Assembly: GCA_947176345.1 (NCBI GenBank)
Contig: CAMWQI010000001.1
Span: 1,900-65,899, forward strand
DNA from: an uncultured Ruminococcus sp.
Lineage (GTDB): Bacteria; Bacillota; Clostridia; Oscillospirales; Ruminococcaceae
Direction of reading: 5' to 3'
Length of the DNA stretch: 64,000 nucleotides
Shown: piece by piece, positions 8,996 through 18,621 of the stretch
Numbering within the stretch: position 1 is the first letter of the stretch
Layout: every line of letters starts with the position of its first letter
The notes under the pieces: generated by a model
What the model saw: only the letters and a program-made list of their open reading frames with translations
Told to the model about the DNA's origin: nothing
Database searches by the model: none
Translations under genes and position numbers: made by a program

Positions 8996-10471
8996 TCATA
9001 GTATAAAACATATTAGTCCCGAACAACCCTCATTTATTACACGTTCGAGTGTTTCCTGTAATTTAAGTCTTGCATCAACAGGCATCTTGAAAAGCTTGTT
9101 ATGCAGACCCTCATTTACTAATTCATGAAGAGATTTTCCGAAAATATTACTCTCCCATATTTTAGCGGGATTATCGTCGAAACCGTCAAGCAGATACATA
9201 ATAAGCTCCTCCGACTGTTTTTCTGTGCCAACAATTGGACTTACAGTAGTATTAATATTTGCTTTCATGATGTGCAGTGACGGTGCAGTTGCTTTGAGTT
9301 TAACACCATATTTTCCACCCTGTTTTATTATTTTAGGTTCTTCCAGTGTGAGTTCCTCAATTTCTGGCATAACTATTCCATAGCCAGTAGCCTCTACTTC
9401 CGCAAGTGCCGGCTCTATCCGCTGATATTTTCGGCGAATGTCATTCAGTTCCATAAGCAAGGGCATTAAATCGCTTTCACTTTCGATTTCAATTCCGGTT
9501 GCCTCACCGAGAATTTTATAAAAAAGACTGCTGTCGAGTTCGGCGGTAATGGTAACTGAACCACTTCCTAAATCCATAGCGGAAATTTCAGCATTTATGA
9601 TATGTGGACACTGTGACATTGCTTCAACTGCCATCTTAACTTCACGGACAAGCTTTATATCTTTTGCAGAATTTCTTATACAATCAAGAATTTCAGTTTT
9701 CAACCAGTGACCTTTTTCAAGGGAATTTATCCACCGTGCAGTCCGGATATTTATTTCCTTTATAGGAAACGAGAATAATATTTCCTGCATTATTTCCCTT
9801 ATGTCGTTTTCGTCGAGGTCAAGACAGCTTACCGGAATAACTTTAGTATCATATCTGTCTGTAAGGCGTGATGCTAAATTTTTAGCCTCTTGTGACGACG
9901 GATTGACAGTATTCATTATTACTACAAACGGCTTGCCTAATTCTTTGAGTTCGCGAATAACACGTTCTTCACATTCTTCATATTCGGCACGTGGTATATC
10001 CGAAATTGTACCGTCAGTAGTTACAACAAGACCTATAGTTGAATGGTCGGTGATAACTTTCTGTGTGCCTATTTCAGCAGCCATATTAAAAGGTATTTCC
10101 TCATCAAACCATGATGTCATGACCATACGGGGCATTTCATTCTCTATGTAGCCTAAAGAACTCGGCACGATATAGCCCACACAGTCTATCAGGCGTACAT
10201 TCATTGTTGCACCGTTGCCTATACTTACTTCAACGGCATCTTCCGGAATGAATTTCGGTTCAGTAGTCATGATAGTTTTTCCGGCGGCGGACTGTGGCAG
10301 TTCGTCAACGGCACGTTCACGTTTAAATTCGCTTGTTATATTCGGAATTACAAGCGATTCCATAAAACGTTTTATAAAAGTAGATTTTCCGGTACGTACA
10401 GGTCCTACAACGCCTATATAAATATCACCATTAGTTCTTTCGGCGATATTAGTGTAAATATCTTTAACCAT
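8996..10471 (-). CDS. spoIVA: Stage IV sporulation protein A (spore coat morphogenetic ATPase)
   Basis: DIYTNIAERTNGDIYIGVVGPVRTGKSTFIKRFME is the Walker A N-terminus typical of SpoIVA. Start set at the ATG at 10471 (AAGGAG 6 nt upstream). An alternative ATG at 10489 overlaps the upstream stop. Confidence 0.9.
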   Translation of the reverse strand: MVKDIYTNIAERTNGDIYIGVVGPVRTGKSTFIKRFMESLVIPNITSEFKRERAVDELPQSAAGKTIMTTEPKFIPEDAVEVSIGNGATMNVRLIDCVGYIVPSSLGYIENEMPRMVMTSWFDEEIPFNMAAEIGTQKVITDHSTIGLVVTTDGTISDIPRAEYEECEERVIRELKELGKPFVVIMNTVNPSSQEAKNLASRLTDRYDTKVIPVSCLDLDENDIREIMQEILFSFPIKEINIRTARWINSLEKGHWLKTEILDCIRNSAKDIKLVREVKMAVEAMSQCPHIINAEISAMDLGSGSVTITAELDSSLFYKILGEATGIEIESESDLMPLLMELNDIRRKYQRIEPALAEVEATGYGIVMPEIEELTLEEPKIIKQGGKYGVKLKATAPSLHIMKANINTTVSPIVGTEKQSEELIMYLLDGFDDNPAKIWESNIFGKSLHELVNEGLHNKLFKMPVDARLKLQETLERVINEGCSGLICFIL

Positions 10472-10485
10472 GCTATTCTCCTTTA

Positions 10486-12036
10486 TCATGTGACAATCGG
10501 TATCAGCAACATTCCGCCGGATTCAAGGCGTTCACCGGAAAGGTCATTTTCCTCTATCACGGCATTGACACTTGTGCTGTAGCGTTTTGCAATATCCCAT
10601 ACTTCTTCATTTTCGACACCAAAATATAACTTTATGGCATAATCCCCGTCACGCTGTTTTTTTACAGACTCATCAACTGTTATATCTGTGAGTGCATTTA
10701 TTGATGAACAACTATAAACTGAAATTTTTGCAGATATATCGGACTTTGCGGACAATATACCTTCTGATGATATATTATATGAAACGTCCCTTATAGCAAT
10801 TTCAGCGGATACGGTACAGCCAGCTATATTGTCGGGAAGATTTATAGTTTCCTCAAAAGCCTCATCTTTATCCGGCATGATAATCATTCCGGCATTGTCA
10901 CGTGAAGCCATTGAATAAGACAGCATACCACTTATAATTACTGCTTTTCCGTCGTCGGAAAGTCTCGTGTTTATATTTTTAGGAGTACACCACATTGAAT
11001 ATATAGTCTGTGGAACGCTGTCACCCTCGCTGATTTTTGCGGAATGCCTGAAACTTTCTTCATAAATAACAGGTATCTGTTCAGCCTTTACCTGCGATAC
11101 TGTAACACTGCATGGATATACAGTTGAAAAAGCGTCCGTGCCAAGCATGACAGAGGCTGTCTTGACGGCACAGCATATAAGCCTTAACTCTATCTCGCAT
11201 TTTATAATACGGTTTTCGGAGTTCTTATCGGCGGTGGGGGTGATGTCACAGCTTACGACTTCCGGAGTTATAGTGCAGTCGAAAGTATCATCTATGCCAT
11301 CAATGTCAATAATCTGACTGAATGGCATTGAAAATGAAATCGGTTCTATAGCACCACCGTCCTTGTCACAGGAGTATAATATTTTAAGTTCTGCTGAACC
11401 TTTTGCAAGCAGTTTGCCGGAAATCATTTTCTTTTCACACTCCGGAACAGTACAGCGTATATTTATTATGCTGTTTACCGTCGGTTGTGTCGGGGAAATT
11501 TCTATATCCTCACTTAGCTGTAAAGTTTTTTCAGCAGTTATTTTTTTCGATGCAAAACGCACAGGAGTTTTTTTAATCTGAATATTCATTCCGAATGCAT
11601 CAGAAATAACTTCCTGATTTGTTTCACCGTTCACGGAAATTTTTACAGAAACTGCACCTCTTACATCAAGACGGCGTTTGTTTACCGCACGGAAATTTAT
11701 ATGGTCTGTCTTAGGTGTAAGCCTTGCGGTAAGATTTTCACCGCTTCTGCCTAACTCAACAGTCTTTGAAAAATTCTGTCTTTGTGTCACACACTGTAGG
11801 GAATTGCCGGATTCACTGCAATAGAGAATTTTTATGTCGCATCTGATTTCATAGGAAAGTTTATCACCATTTATTGAGTAACCACAGATTACCGGAATGA
11901 CCTCACAGCGTACAAGTCTGAAAATATCGGGGTAGTAGTCGGGGAGAATATAATCAAGTTCCACACCCTGTTCCTGTACACCGTCAAAGATGTTTTCGCT
12001 GACGGGTACTGTTTCCCTGTTTATTCTTAAATCCAT
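10486..12036 (-). CDS. SipL-like sporulation protein (DUF3794/SPOCS-type repeats plus C-terminal LysM)
   Basis: 516 aa. The C-terminus YAIKLYFGVENEEVWDIAKRYSTSVNAVIEENDL...GGMLLIP looks like LysM. Sits immediately upstream of, and is coupled to, spoIVA. Domain names are from memory of the family. Confidence 0.7.
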   Translation of the reverse strand: MDLRINRETVPVSENIFDGVQEQGVELDYILPDYYPDIFRLVRCEVIPVICGYSINGDKLSYEIRCDIKILYCSESGNSLQCVTQRQNFSKTVELGRSGENLTARLTPKTDHINFRAVNKRRLDVRGAVSVKISVNGETNQEVISDAFGMNIQIKKTPVRFASKKITAEKTLQLSEDIEISPTQPTVNSIINIRCTVPECEKKMISGKLLAKGSAELKILYSCDKDGGAIEPISFSMPFSQIIDIDGIDDTFDCTITPEVVSCDITPTADKNSENRIIKCEIELRLICCAVKTASVMLGTDAFSTVYPCSVTVSQVKAEQIPVIYEESFRHSAKISEGDSVPQTIYSMWCTPKNINTRLSDDGKAVIISGMLSYSMASRDNAGMIIMPDKDEAFEETINLPDNIAGCTVSAEIAIRDVSYNISSEGILSAKSDISAKISVYSCSSINALTDITVDESVKKQRDGDYAIKLYFGVENEEVWDIAKRYSTSVNAVIEENDLSGERLESGGMLLIPIVT

Positions 12037-12098
12037 ATACAGCCTCCTTGAAAATAGCTTTATGAAATTATATTCAGCTTTAAGTACAAGTATTCCGC

Positions 12099-12127
12099 TT
12101 GCAATTTTTTTGTAAATGAGTTATAAT
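12099..12127 (+). promoter_or_regulatory. Putative sigma-A promoter
   Basis: TTGCAA 12099-12104, 17 nt, TATAAT 12122-12127, upstream of the 12159 ORF. Confidence 0.55.
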
Positions 12128-12158
12128 ATATATACATCTGTAAAGAAAGGAAATTGCT

Positions 12159-13289
12159 ATGAATAAAAAAGAAACAGCAGAAATCAAAAAGAATTTTTCC
12201 GACAAGAGCGGTTTTTTCGTAATGGAAAGGGTGCTTACGGCTTTTGTTGATGCAGAAAAAAACGTCCGTTACAATAATGTGAGTTCCTGTCTCACTATGG
12301 AGCAGGAAGAACATGATGTCTACACAGAAACACTGAAAAAAGTTCTCAATACCAACGTGGGCAAGGCTTTTGTGGAGTATGAGTTTCCGAATGAAGCCTA
12401 CAATGAGGGCAAGCCACAGGATATATTATACAAGCTCCTTAAATCTGAACTCAAAGATGAGCAGGCGTGTGAAAATTATGTAAATCATATTGCTGAAAAT
12501 CTTGTCTATGCCGGAAATTATGCACTTATTACCGCATACTGCTGTTATACTGTAAGGCGTAAGGATAAAAACGATGATTTCGCCGATGGTGAAGACGAAA
12601 TCTACAGATACATATTAACCGCTATATGTCCCGTGACTACAGGCACAGACGGCTTTGTGTTTGATTCTTTCAATAACGAAATTGTCAAGAAACTTAACAC
12701 GGAACTTATTATAAGCAAGTCCGCAAGCGACGGCTTTTTATATCCGGTTTTCAGCAACAGAAGTACAGACGTTAATCACATTATGTATTATGCGAAAAAA
12801 TCCAGTGACCCTAATATTTCTATGATTGAAAATGTTTTAGGCTGTACGTTTGTTATGTCCGCCGAAAACGAAAAGGCAAGTTTTCAGTCTATATTAAAAG
12901 ATGTAGTCGGTGACGATTTGGATTATATGGTTATAAAAACCGTGAATGAAAAAATTCAGGAAGTCGTTGAGGAAAATAAGGACGAAACAGACACAGCAGT
13001 TATTGATAACTCAAAACTGAAAGATATTCTTACAGATATAGGTATTCCAGAAGAACGTGTTAAAATGGTTGAGCCTGTATATCAGAAAGTGTGCGGTGAT
13101 GCTACACTTACAGCCTCAAATCTTGTTGAGACAAAGACTGTTGTTGCTTCTGCCGGAATAACTATCAACATAAAGCCCGATGCAAGCGATAAAATCCGGA
13201 CAAGTGTTGTTAACGGCAGACGTTGTCTGCTTATTGACATTGACGACCCTACCATAGAAATAAACGGTCTGCCGGTAACTCTTGAATGA
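12159..13289 (+). CDS. Hypothetical cytoplasmic protein (size and N-terminus reminiscent of DUF4317 family)
   Basis: 376-aa ORF with AAGGAAA RBS. The N-terminus MNKKETAEIKKNFSDKSGFFVMERV resembles my memory of DUF4317. Not verified. Confidence 0.7.
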   Translation: MNKKETAEIKKNFSDKSGFFVMERVLTAFVDAEKNVRYNNVSSCLTMEQEEHDVYTETLKKVLNTNVGKAFVEYEFPNEAYNEGKPQDILYKLLKSELKDEQACENYVNHIAENLVYAGNYALITAYCCYTVRRKDKNDDFADGEDEIYRYILTAICPVTTGTDGFVFDSFNNEIVKKLNTELIISKSASDGFLYPVFSNRSTDVNHIMYYAKKSSDPNISMIENVLGCTFVMSAENEKASFQSILKDVVGDDLDYMVIKTVNEKIQEVVEENKDETDTAVIDNSKLKDILTDIGIPEERVKMVEPVYQKVCGDATLTASNLVETKTVVASAGITINIKPDASDKIRTSVVNGRRCLLIDIDDPTIEINGLPVTLE

Positions 13290-13377
13290 TGTTTAACAGT
13301 TCCGAACTTCCGAACCCGTAAATTTTTAAAAACAAAAAAAATCCCGCTCACTTAGGTCAATACCCATATAGAAGTTT

Positions 13378-13420
13378 AAGCCCCAAAGCAATTATTAACT
13401 GCTTCGGGGCTTATTGTTAA
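13378..13420 (+). terminator. Intrinsic terminator-like hairpin
   Basis: AAGCCCCAAAGC / GCTTCGGGGCTT arms (11 of 12 paired), 11-nt loop, followed by TTATTGTT. Confidence 0.5.
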
Positions 13421-13447
13421 TATTCGATTATTCGTATAAATCAGAAT

Positions 13448-13975
13448 TTACTTGCTCTCATTACACAATTTGCAACCCAAAAATGACATAAGCAAACCGT
13501 GTTTTGGACATTTCGGATAACCACAGTAAACAGGGTCGTCTTTCTCTTTGTCAGAGAGCCATTCCTGCAAATTGTTGTCATCAATATCATTTACTGTCAT
13601 TCGATTTATTAGTGCATTAAAGCTATTCAACGCATAGTCAATATTTTCTTTATTTGGCTTATACCAAAGTTTATCCCAAACACTTTCTTGTAATGTTAAT
13701 TCTCGTGCATACTCTATTACTTTTAATAAAAACGATTTGTCTGCTTCAAAAGAATCTCTATGCCACGGCATTTCAATTATCTCAAATCCGACTGTTCCAC
13801 TTCCGATTATATATTGCTGTTTTTCAGACAGAAAAGCAATCATTCTTTTTTCACTTTCGGAATCAGCCAGTTCAGAACCGCTGATAAGTAAATAGTCAAT
13901 CAGTACATCTGTAAGTCCGTTAGACATAGAGAACAAATCGTTCTCTGCATAATTAAAAGCGATTATATTTCCCAT
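13448..13975 (-). CDS. Hypothetical protein with a C-terminal Cys cluster
   Basis: The track ORF extends to 14098, but the ATG at 13975 has GGAG 8 nt upstream and the upstream part overlaps a strong hairpin. The C-terminus is YCGYPKCPKHG...GCKLCNESK. No family recognised; AT-rich. Confidence 0.6.
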   Translation of the reverse strand: MGNIIAFNYAENDLFSMSNGLTDVLIDYLLISGSELADSESEKRMIAFLSEKQQYIIGSGTVGFEIIEMPWHRDSFEADKSFLLKVIEYARELTLQESVWDKLWYKPNKENIDYALNSFNALINRMTVNDIDDNNLQEWLSDKEKDDPVYCGYPKCPKHGLLMSFLGCKLCNESK

Positions 13976-14071
13976 TTTAGTTTCTCCATTATCACAAAAA
14001 GATATTCGATTATATTCCAATTTATCTTTGTAATAATTGTACATCAAAGCCGTTACATTGTCAATAGAAAC

Positions 14072-14110
14072 GCCATAGCACTTTTGACCGAAAATCATAA
14101 GTGCTATGGC
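14072..14110 (-). terminator. Strong hairpin downstream of serA (probable terminator)
   Basis: Perfect 12-bp inverted repeat GCCATAGCACTT (14072-14083) / AAGTGCTATGGC (14099-14110) with a 15-nt loop. On the minus strand it is followed by GTTTCTATT. Confidence 0.5.
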
Positions 14111-14163
14111 GAAAACTTCTTTATGAGCGACAGTCTTTACGAACCGGATTTTTATTTATTTAA

Positions 14164-15324
14164 TTACTTTATAACTCTTACTCTTATAATGCCGTTGATA
14201 GCTTTAATGTCATTTACGACAGCTTCAGTAACATCACCGGCAACGTCCATCATGGTATATGCAAAATCTTTTCTGCTTGCGTTTACCATATTTTCAATAT
14301 TAAGACCATCATCACCGACAGCCTTTGTGATAGCTGAAATAAGTGATGGTACATTCTTATGAATAACACAAACCTTAGTACCTGTTGCAACCATTGAGGC
14401 ATTAGGAAGATTTACACTGTTCTTGATATTGCCGTTTTCGATATAGTCAATGAGTTCATTGGCGGCCATAACAGCACAATTGTCCTCACTTTCCGGAGTA
14501 GACGCACCAAGATGTGGGAGAACGATTACATTTTCCACACCTAAAACAACATCGTCTGCAAAGTCTGTTACATACTTTGCAACTTTTCCGTCTGCAATAG
14601 CCTTTACTACTGCTTCACTGTTAATGAGTTCACCTCTTGCAAGGTTAATAAGACGTACACCGTCTTTCATTATGGAAATCTGTTCAGCATCTATAGTATT
14701 CTTAGTCTGCGGAGTGTACGGCATATGAATTGAAATATAGTCACTGTTCCTGTAAATATCGTCGATTTCTGTAACAACCTTAACGGAAGAATCAAGCAGT
14801 ACAGCGTTATTTACAGAAAGATACGGGTCATAGCCGATAACTTTCATGCCAAGTGCAACGGCAGTATTAGCAATTTTTCCGCCGATAGCACCAAGACCGA
14901 TAATTCCAAGTGTCTTGCCCATGATTTCAGGACCTGCAAATTTGGATTTACCACCCTCAACAGTCTTAGGAGCGTCCGGAGTTCCTTTAAGAGATGCAGC
15001 CCATGCAGCAGCCTCCGTTATTTTTCTTGATGCAAGCAGTAATGCACATATAGCTAATTCCTTAACGGCATTTGAGTTAGCACCAGGGGTATTGAATACG
15101 CATATACCCTCTTCGGCACAGCGTTCAACGGGAATATTGTTTACACCTGCTCCGGCTCTTGCGATTGCAAGTAGATTTTCATTGAACTGCATATCGTGCA
15201 TTTTAGCACTTCTTACCATGATAGCATCGGGATTTTCCGGAGCGTCGGAAACTGCATACTTGCTCTTGTCGAAAATATCCGTACCGATAGCGGAAATCTT
15301 ATTGAGTGTCTGTATATTGTACAT
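14164..15324 (-). CDS. serA: D-3-phosphoglycerate dehydrogenase
   Basis: 386 aa. GIIGLGAIGGKIA NAD-binding motif, 2-hydroxyacid dehydrogenase pattern, C-terminal ACT-like tail. Adjacent to serC. Confidence 0.9.
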   Translation of the reverse strand: MYNIQTLNKISAIGTDIFDKSKYAVSDAPENPDAIMVRSAKMHDMQFNENLLAIARAGAGVNNIPVERCAEEGICVFNTPGANSNAVKELAICALLLASRKITEAAAWAASLKGTPDAPKTVEGGKSKFAGPEIMGKTLGIIGLGAIGGKIANTAVALGMKVIGYDPYLSVNNAVLLDSSVKVVTEIDDIYRNSDYISIHMPYTPQTKNTIDAEQISIMKDGVRLINLARGELINSEAVVKAIADGKVAKYVTDFADDVVLGVENVIVLPHLGASTPESEDNCAVMAANELIDYIENGNIKNSVNLPNASMVATGTKVCVIHKNVPSLISAITKAVGDDGLNIENMVNASRKDFAYTMMDVAGDVTEAVVNDIKAINGIIRVRVIK

Positions 15325-15350
15325 TGTAAAATAACCTCTTTTCAGTTAAA

Positions 15351-16436
15351 TCAAGCATTTTCAGCTTCAAATTTCTTCATGAACTCAACGAGTTTTTCAA
15401 CGCCTTCAATTGGCATAGCGTTGTAGATAGATGCTCTCATACCACCGACAGTTCTGTGACCTTTGAGGTTTTCAAAACCAGCAGCCTTAGCTTCTGCTAC
15501 AAACTTCTTGTCAAGTTCCTCATTGCCTGTAACAAACGGTACATTCATAAGTGAACGGTCTTCAGGAGCAACAGTACCCTTGAAAAGCTTGCTGTTGTCA
15601 AGGAAATCATAGAGGATAGCAGCTTTCTTTTCATTATGAGCTTTCATAGCTTCAAGACCACCCATTTTCTTAATCCACTTGAATACCTTGCCACAGATAT
15701 AAATTCCATAGCACGGAGGTGTGTTATAAAGTGAATCGTTATCAGCCTGAATTTTCCAGTCCATCATTGTAGGTGTGTAGGGCTTTGCAGGACCATCAGC
15801 TATTAAGTCTTCACGTACAATAACAATCTGTACACCGGAAGGACCTACATTTTTTTGTACACCACCGTAAATAACGCCATACTTTGTAACGTCAACGGGT
15901 TCAGAAAGGAAACAAGATGAAACATCAGCAACAAGTTCCTTGCCTTTTGTGTTCGGGAGAGTCTTGAATTTTGTGCCGTAAATTGTGTTATTCTCACAGA
16001 TGTAAACATAGTCAGCATCTTCCGGAATATCAAGGTCTGAACAGTCCGGAATGTATGAGAATGTCTTATCAGCAGAAGATGCTACTGCAACAACCTCACC
16101 GTATTTCTGTGCTTCCTGATAGGCTTTTTTAGCCCACTGACCAGTGATAATATAAGCACCCTTGCCGTTCTTCATGAGGTTCATGGGAACACCGGCAAAA
16201 AGCAGTGATGCACCACCCTGTAAAAAGATAACCTTATAGTTATCAGGAATGTTCATGAGGTCACGCAAATCCTGTTCAGCCTCTTTTATGATTGTGTCAT
16301 AGGCTTTTGAACGGTGCGACATCTCCATAACGGACATACCTGTACCTTTGTAGTCAAGCATTTCGTCCCTTGCTTCTTCCAGAACTTCTTCCGGAAGTAC
16401 AGCAGGACCAGCACTGAAGTTATAAACTCTGCTCAT
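15351..16436 (-). CDS. serC: Phosphoserine aminotransferase
   Basis: MSRVYNFSAGPAVLPEEVLEEA... is the canonical SerC N-terminus. Start set at the ATG at 16436, with GGAGG 9 nt upstream. Confidence 0.92.
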   Translation of the reverse strand: MSRVYNFSAGPAVLPEEVLEEARDEMLDYKGTGMSVMEMSHRSKAYDTIIKEAEQDLRDLMNIPDNYKVIFLQGGASLLFAGVPMNLMKNGKGAYIITGQWAKKAYQEAQKYGEVVAVASSADKTFSYIPDCSDLDIPEDADYVYICENNTIYGTKFKTLPNTKGKELVADVSSCFLSEPVDVTKYGVIYGGVQKNVGPSGVQIVIVREDLIADGPAKPYTPTMMDWKIQADNDSLYNTPPCYGIYICGKVFKWIKKMGGLEAMKAHNEKKAAILYDFLDNSKLFKGTVAPEDRSLMNVPFVTGNEELDKKFVAEAKAAGFENLKGHRTVGGMRASIYNAMPIEGVEKLVEFMKKFEAENA

Positions 16437-16490
16437 TTTAAAAACCTCCAAAATATTATATAAAATGAATTTGTATTGTCATACATATAA

Positions 16491-16519
16491 ATTATACTAT
16501 TTCCGGAAAGAAAAGTCAA
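16491..16519 (-). promoter_or_regulatory. Sigma-A promoter of serC-serA
   Basis: Minus strand TTGACT (16519-16514), 17 nt, TATAAT (16496-16491). Confidence 0.65.
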
Positions 16520-16565
16520 TATATACCGGAGATTTTTTAATAAAAGTTTCCTATGGTTTACCGAA

Positions 16566-16596
16566 ATGAAAAAGGCGTGTCCGGAAACACGCCCTT
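16566..16596 (-). terminator. Intrinsic terminator after ilvE
   Basis: Stem GGCGTGT/ACACGCC (16574-16593), 6-nt loop, U-run on the minus strand (A-run 16569-16573). Confidence 0.7.
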
Positions 16597-16602
16597 TATT
16601 AA

Positions 16603-17670
16603 TTATTTTACTTCAACAGTCCAGTTGAAAGTATCTTCGATTTTGCCCCACTGAATGCCTGTCATTGTATCATAAAGCATTTGTGATATTGTACCTATCT
16701 TGTTGTCGTTGATTTCCATGATTTTGTCATTCCATTTAAGGTGACCTACAGGGGAAATAACTGCTGCTGTACCTGTTCCGAAAACTTCATTTAGTTTTCC
16801 GGCATCGTAAGCGTCGGCAATTTCCTGAATAGTAATTCTTCTTTCCTCTACTTCAATGCCCTTTGAACGACAGACTTCAATAGCAGATTTTCTTGTTATT
16901 CCGGGGAGAATACTTCCCTGTAGCATAGGTGTTACAACTTTTCCGTCAATAACAAAGAAAATATTCATAGCACCGACTTCTTCAATGTATTTCTGTTCCA
17001 CGCCGTCAAGCCATAGAACTTGTGAATAATTCTGTTTGTGTGCTTCGTCTTGACCTATAAGAGATGCCGCATAGTTACCGCCTGTCTTTGCGTAACCCAT
17101 ACCACCACGTACAGCACGTACATATTTGCTCTCAACGTAAATATTTACCGGATTGAGACCGCTTTCATAGTAAGCACCAGATGGTGAAAGAATTATCATG
17201 AAATAATACTGTGCACCGGGTTTAACGCCTAAAAATGGGTCAACGGCAAAAATAAACGGTCTTATGTAAAGTGACTCACCGTCCTTTGAGGGTACCCAGT
17301 CTTTTTCGATTTCAAGGAGTTTCATGAGACATTCCATGCCAAGTTCTTCAGGGAGTTCCGGAATAACAAGTCTTTCGTTAGACCTGTTGAGACGTTTGAA
17401 ATTTTCGTCCGGTCTGAAAAGCTGTACTTTGTTATCAGCTGTTCTGTAGGCTTTGAGACCTTCAAATACTGTCTGTCCATAGTGGAGACACATAGCAGCA
17501 GGGGAGAGTTCAATAGTGCCATAAGGTTTTATTTCAGGGTCATGCCAGCCTTGTCCCTCGTCGTAAGGCATGATAAGCATATAATCTGTGAAGATATGAC
17601 CGAAACCGAGTTTAGCATCTGGAGCAGGTTTAGCTTTAAGAGTTTCAGCCTTTGTGAATTTGATTTCCAT
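16603..17670 (-). CDS. ilvE: Branched-chain amino acid aminotransferase
   Basis: 355 aa, class IV aminotransferase pattern ([35 protein letters not shown]). Confidence 0.92.
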   Translation of the reverse strand: MEIKFTKAETLKAKPAPDAKLGFGHIFTDYMLIMPYDEGQGWHDPEIKPYGTIELSPAAMCLHYGQTVFEGLKAYRTADNKVQLFRPDENFKRLNRSNERLVIPELPEELGMECLMKLLEIEKDWVPSKDGESLYIRPFIFAVDPFLGVKPGAQYYFMIILSPSGAYYESGLNPVNIYVESKYVRAVRGGMGYAKTGGNYAASLIGQDEAHKQNYSQVLWLDGVEQKYIEEVGAMNIFFVIDGKVVTPMLQGSILPGITRKSAIEVCRSKGIEVEERRITIQEIADAYDAGKLNEVFGTGTAAVISPVGHLKWNDKIMEINDNKIGTISQMLYDTMTGIQWGKIEDTFNWTVEVK

Positions 17671-17702
17671 TTTATATAACCAGCTTTCTTTTAGAATGAT
17701 TA

Positions 17703-17834
17703 TCAGTCACCGACTATGAAATAGTGTTTTTCATAGACGCGTCTGCAAATAATAACTGTTGCCACTGCCGTACCGACAGCAAATGCCGTCGCTGTAATTC
17801 CTACAGCGATAATGATTTTACCTTTTTTTCCCAT
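17703..17834 (-). CDS. Small predicted membrane protein, 43 aa (below ORF-track cutoff)
   Basis: Hand translation gives [49 protein letters not shown] lies 9 nt upstream of the ATG (17834). One hydrophobic helix flanked by basic residues. Ends 32 nt before the ilvE start. Confidence 0.5.
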   Translation of the reverse strand: MGKKGKIIIAVGITATAFAVGTAVATVIICRRVYEKHYFIVGD

Positions 17835-17890
17835 AGGTACAGACTCCTTAATTTTACTGTCGGCAAACATAACAGTTCTACCAACAATAT

Positions 17891-17899
17891 ATTATATCA
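17891..17899 (-). promoter_or_regulatory. Extended -10 element (TGaTATAAT) upstream of the micro-ORF/ilvE
   Basis: Minus strand reads TGATATAAT. The -35 is weak (TGGAAA). Confidence 0.4.
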
Positions 17900-17979
17900 T
17901 ATTACGGTGAATTTTTCCATAGGGTATTTGAAAAAAATCTGCACAAATAGTGATACTTAAAACAGTGCATATTGCATAA

Positions 17980-18594
17980 TTATTCTTCAAAATCACGTAT
18001 ACGGAGTACAGCACCGAGTTTTTCAGCTATTTCCCGTGATGCCTGAATCTGTTCCGGTGGTATAACGTCTACTACAGACATTATCACCTGTGCGGATTTT
18101 GTCTTTACACAGTCGGAAGTAAATTTCTGCATAGCCTCAAAAGCCTCCGGATATTTAGGACGTGTTACTTTCATATATTCGTCTTTTGTACCGGCGTTGA
18201 GACTTATTGAAATTATATCCATTACATTACAAAGACTTTCAGCAGTGAACTTGCCGTTTATCAGGTCAGAAAGACCATTTGTATTTATGCGGAGCAGAGG
18301 ACATGACGGACGGGCTTTGAGTTCGTCTGCAACTGCAATTACAGTATCAAGTCTGCACGTCGGCTCACCGTAACCACAGAAAACTATTTCCGTGTATTTA
18401 TCAAGGTCACGGCTGTTAAGGTCTTCCATGATTTCTTCAATAGTTGGTTCGTGTTCAAGCCATAACGGGTCTGAACCATATGCACCATCTGCTGAATTTC
18501 TTATGCAGAATGTACAGGCACAGGGACACTTATTTGTGAGATTTAAATAAAGATTGTTTCCTACTTCATAGGAAATTGTCATTGCTTTTTTCAT
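17980..18594 (-). CDS. Small radical SAM protein (resembles the TatD-associated radical SAM family)
   Basis: 204 aa. NLTNKCPCACTFCIR carries the CxxxCxxC cluster motif. Size and N-terminus match my memory of the TatD-linked rSAM family. Unverified. Confidence 0.8.
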   Translation of the reverse strand: MKKAMTISYEVGNNLYLNLTNKCPCACTFCIRNSADGAYGSDPLWLEHEPTIEEIMEDLNSRDLDKYTEIVFCGYGEPTCRLDTVIAVADELKARPSCPLLRINTNGLSDLINGKFTAESLCNVMDIISISLNAGTKDEYMKVTRPKYPEAFEAMQKFTSDCVKTKSAQVIMSVVDVIPPEQIQASREIAEKLGAVLRIRDFEE

Positions 18595-18621
18595 AATTAA
18601 ATAACCTCTTTTTTAAATAAT

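Noticed and set aside
17671-17834. Idea that the Ile/Val-rich micro-ORF is a classical attenuation leader peptide for ilvE
   Set aside because: Only 32 nt separate its stop from the ilvE ATG, and I see no terminator/antiterminator pair there. The hydrophobic run reads as a TM helix flanked by basic residues. The idea is kept only as a minor alternative in the finding.
17724-17960. 78-aa plus-strand ORF with a Cys-rich start ([13 protein letters not shown]) between ilvE and the radical SAM gene
   Set aside because: It has a GTG start without an RBS and runs against the local transcription direction. The opposite strand holds a much better supported 43-aa ORF with AAGGAG and a promoter.
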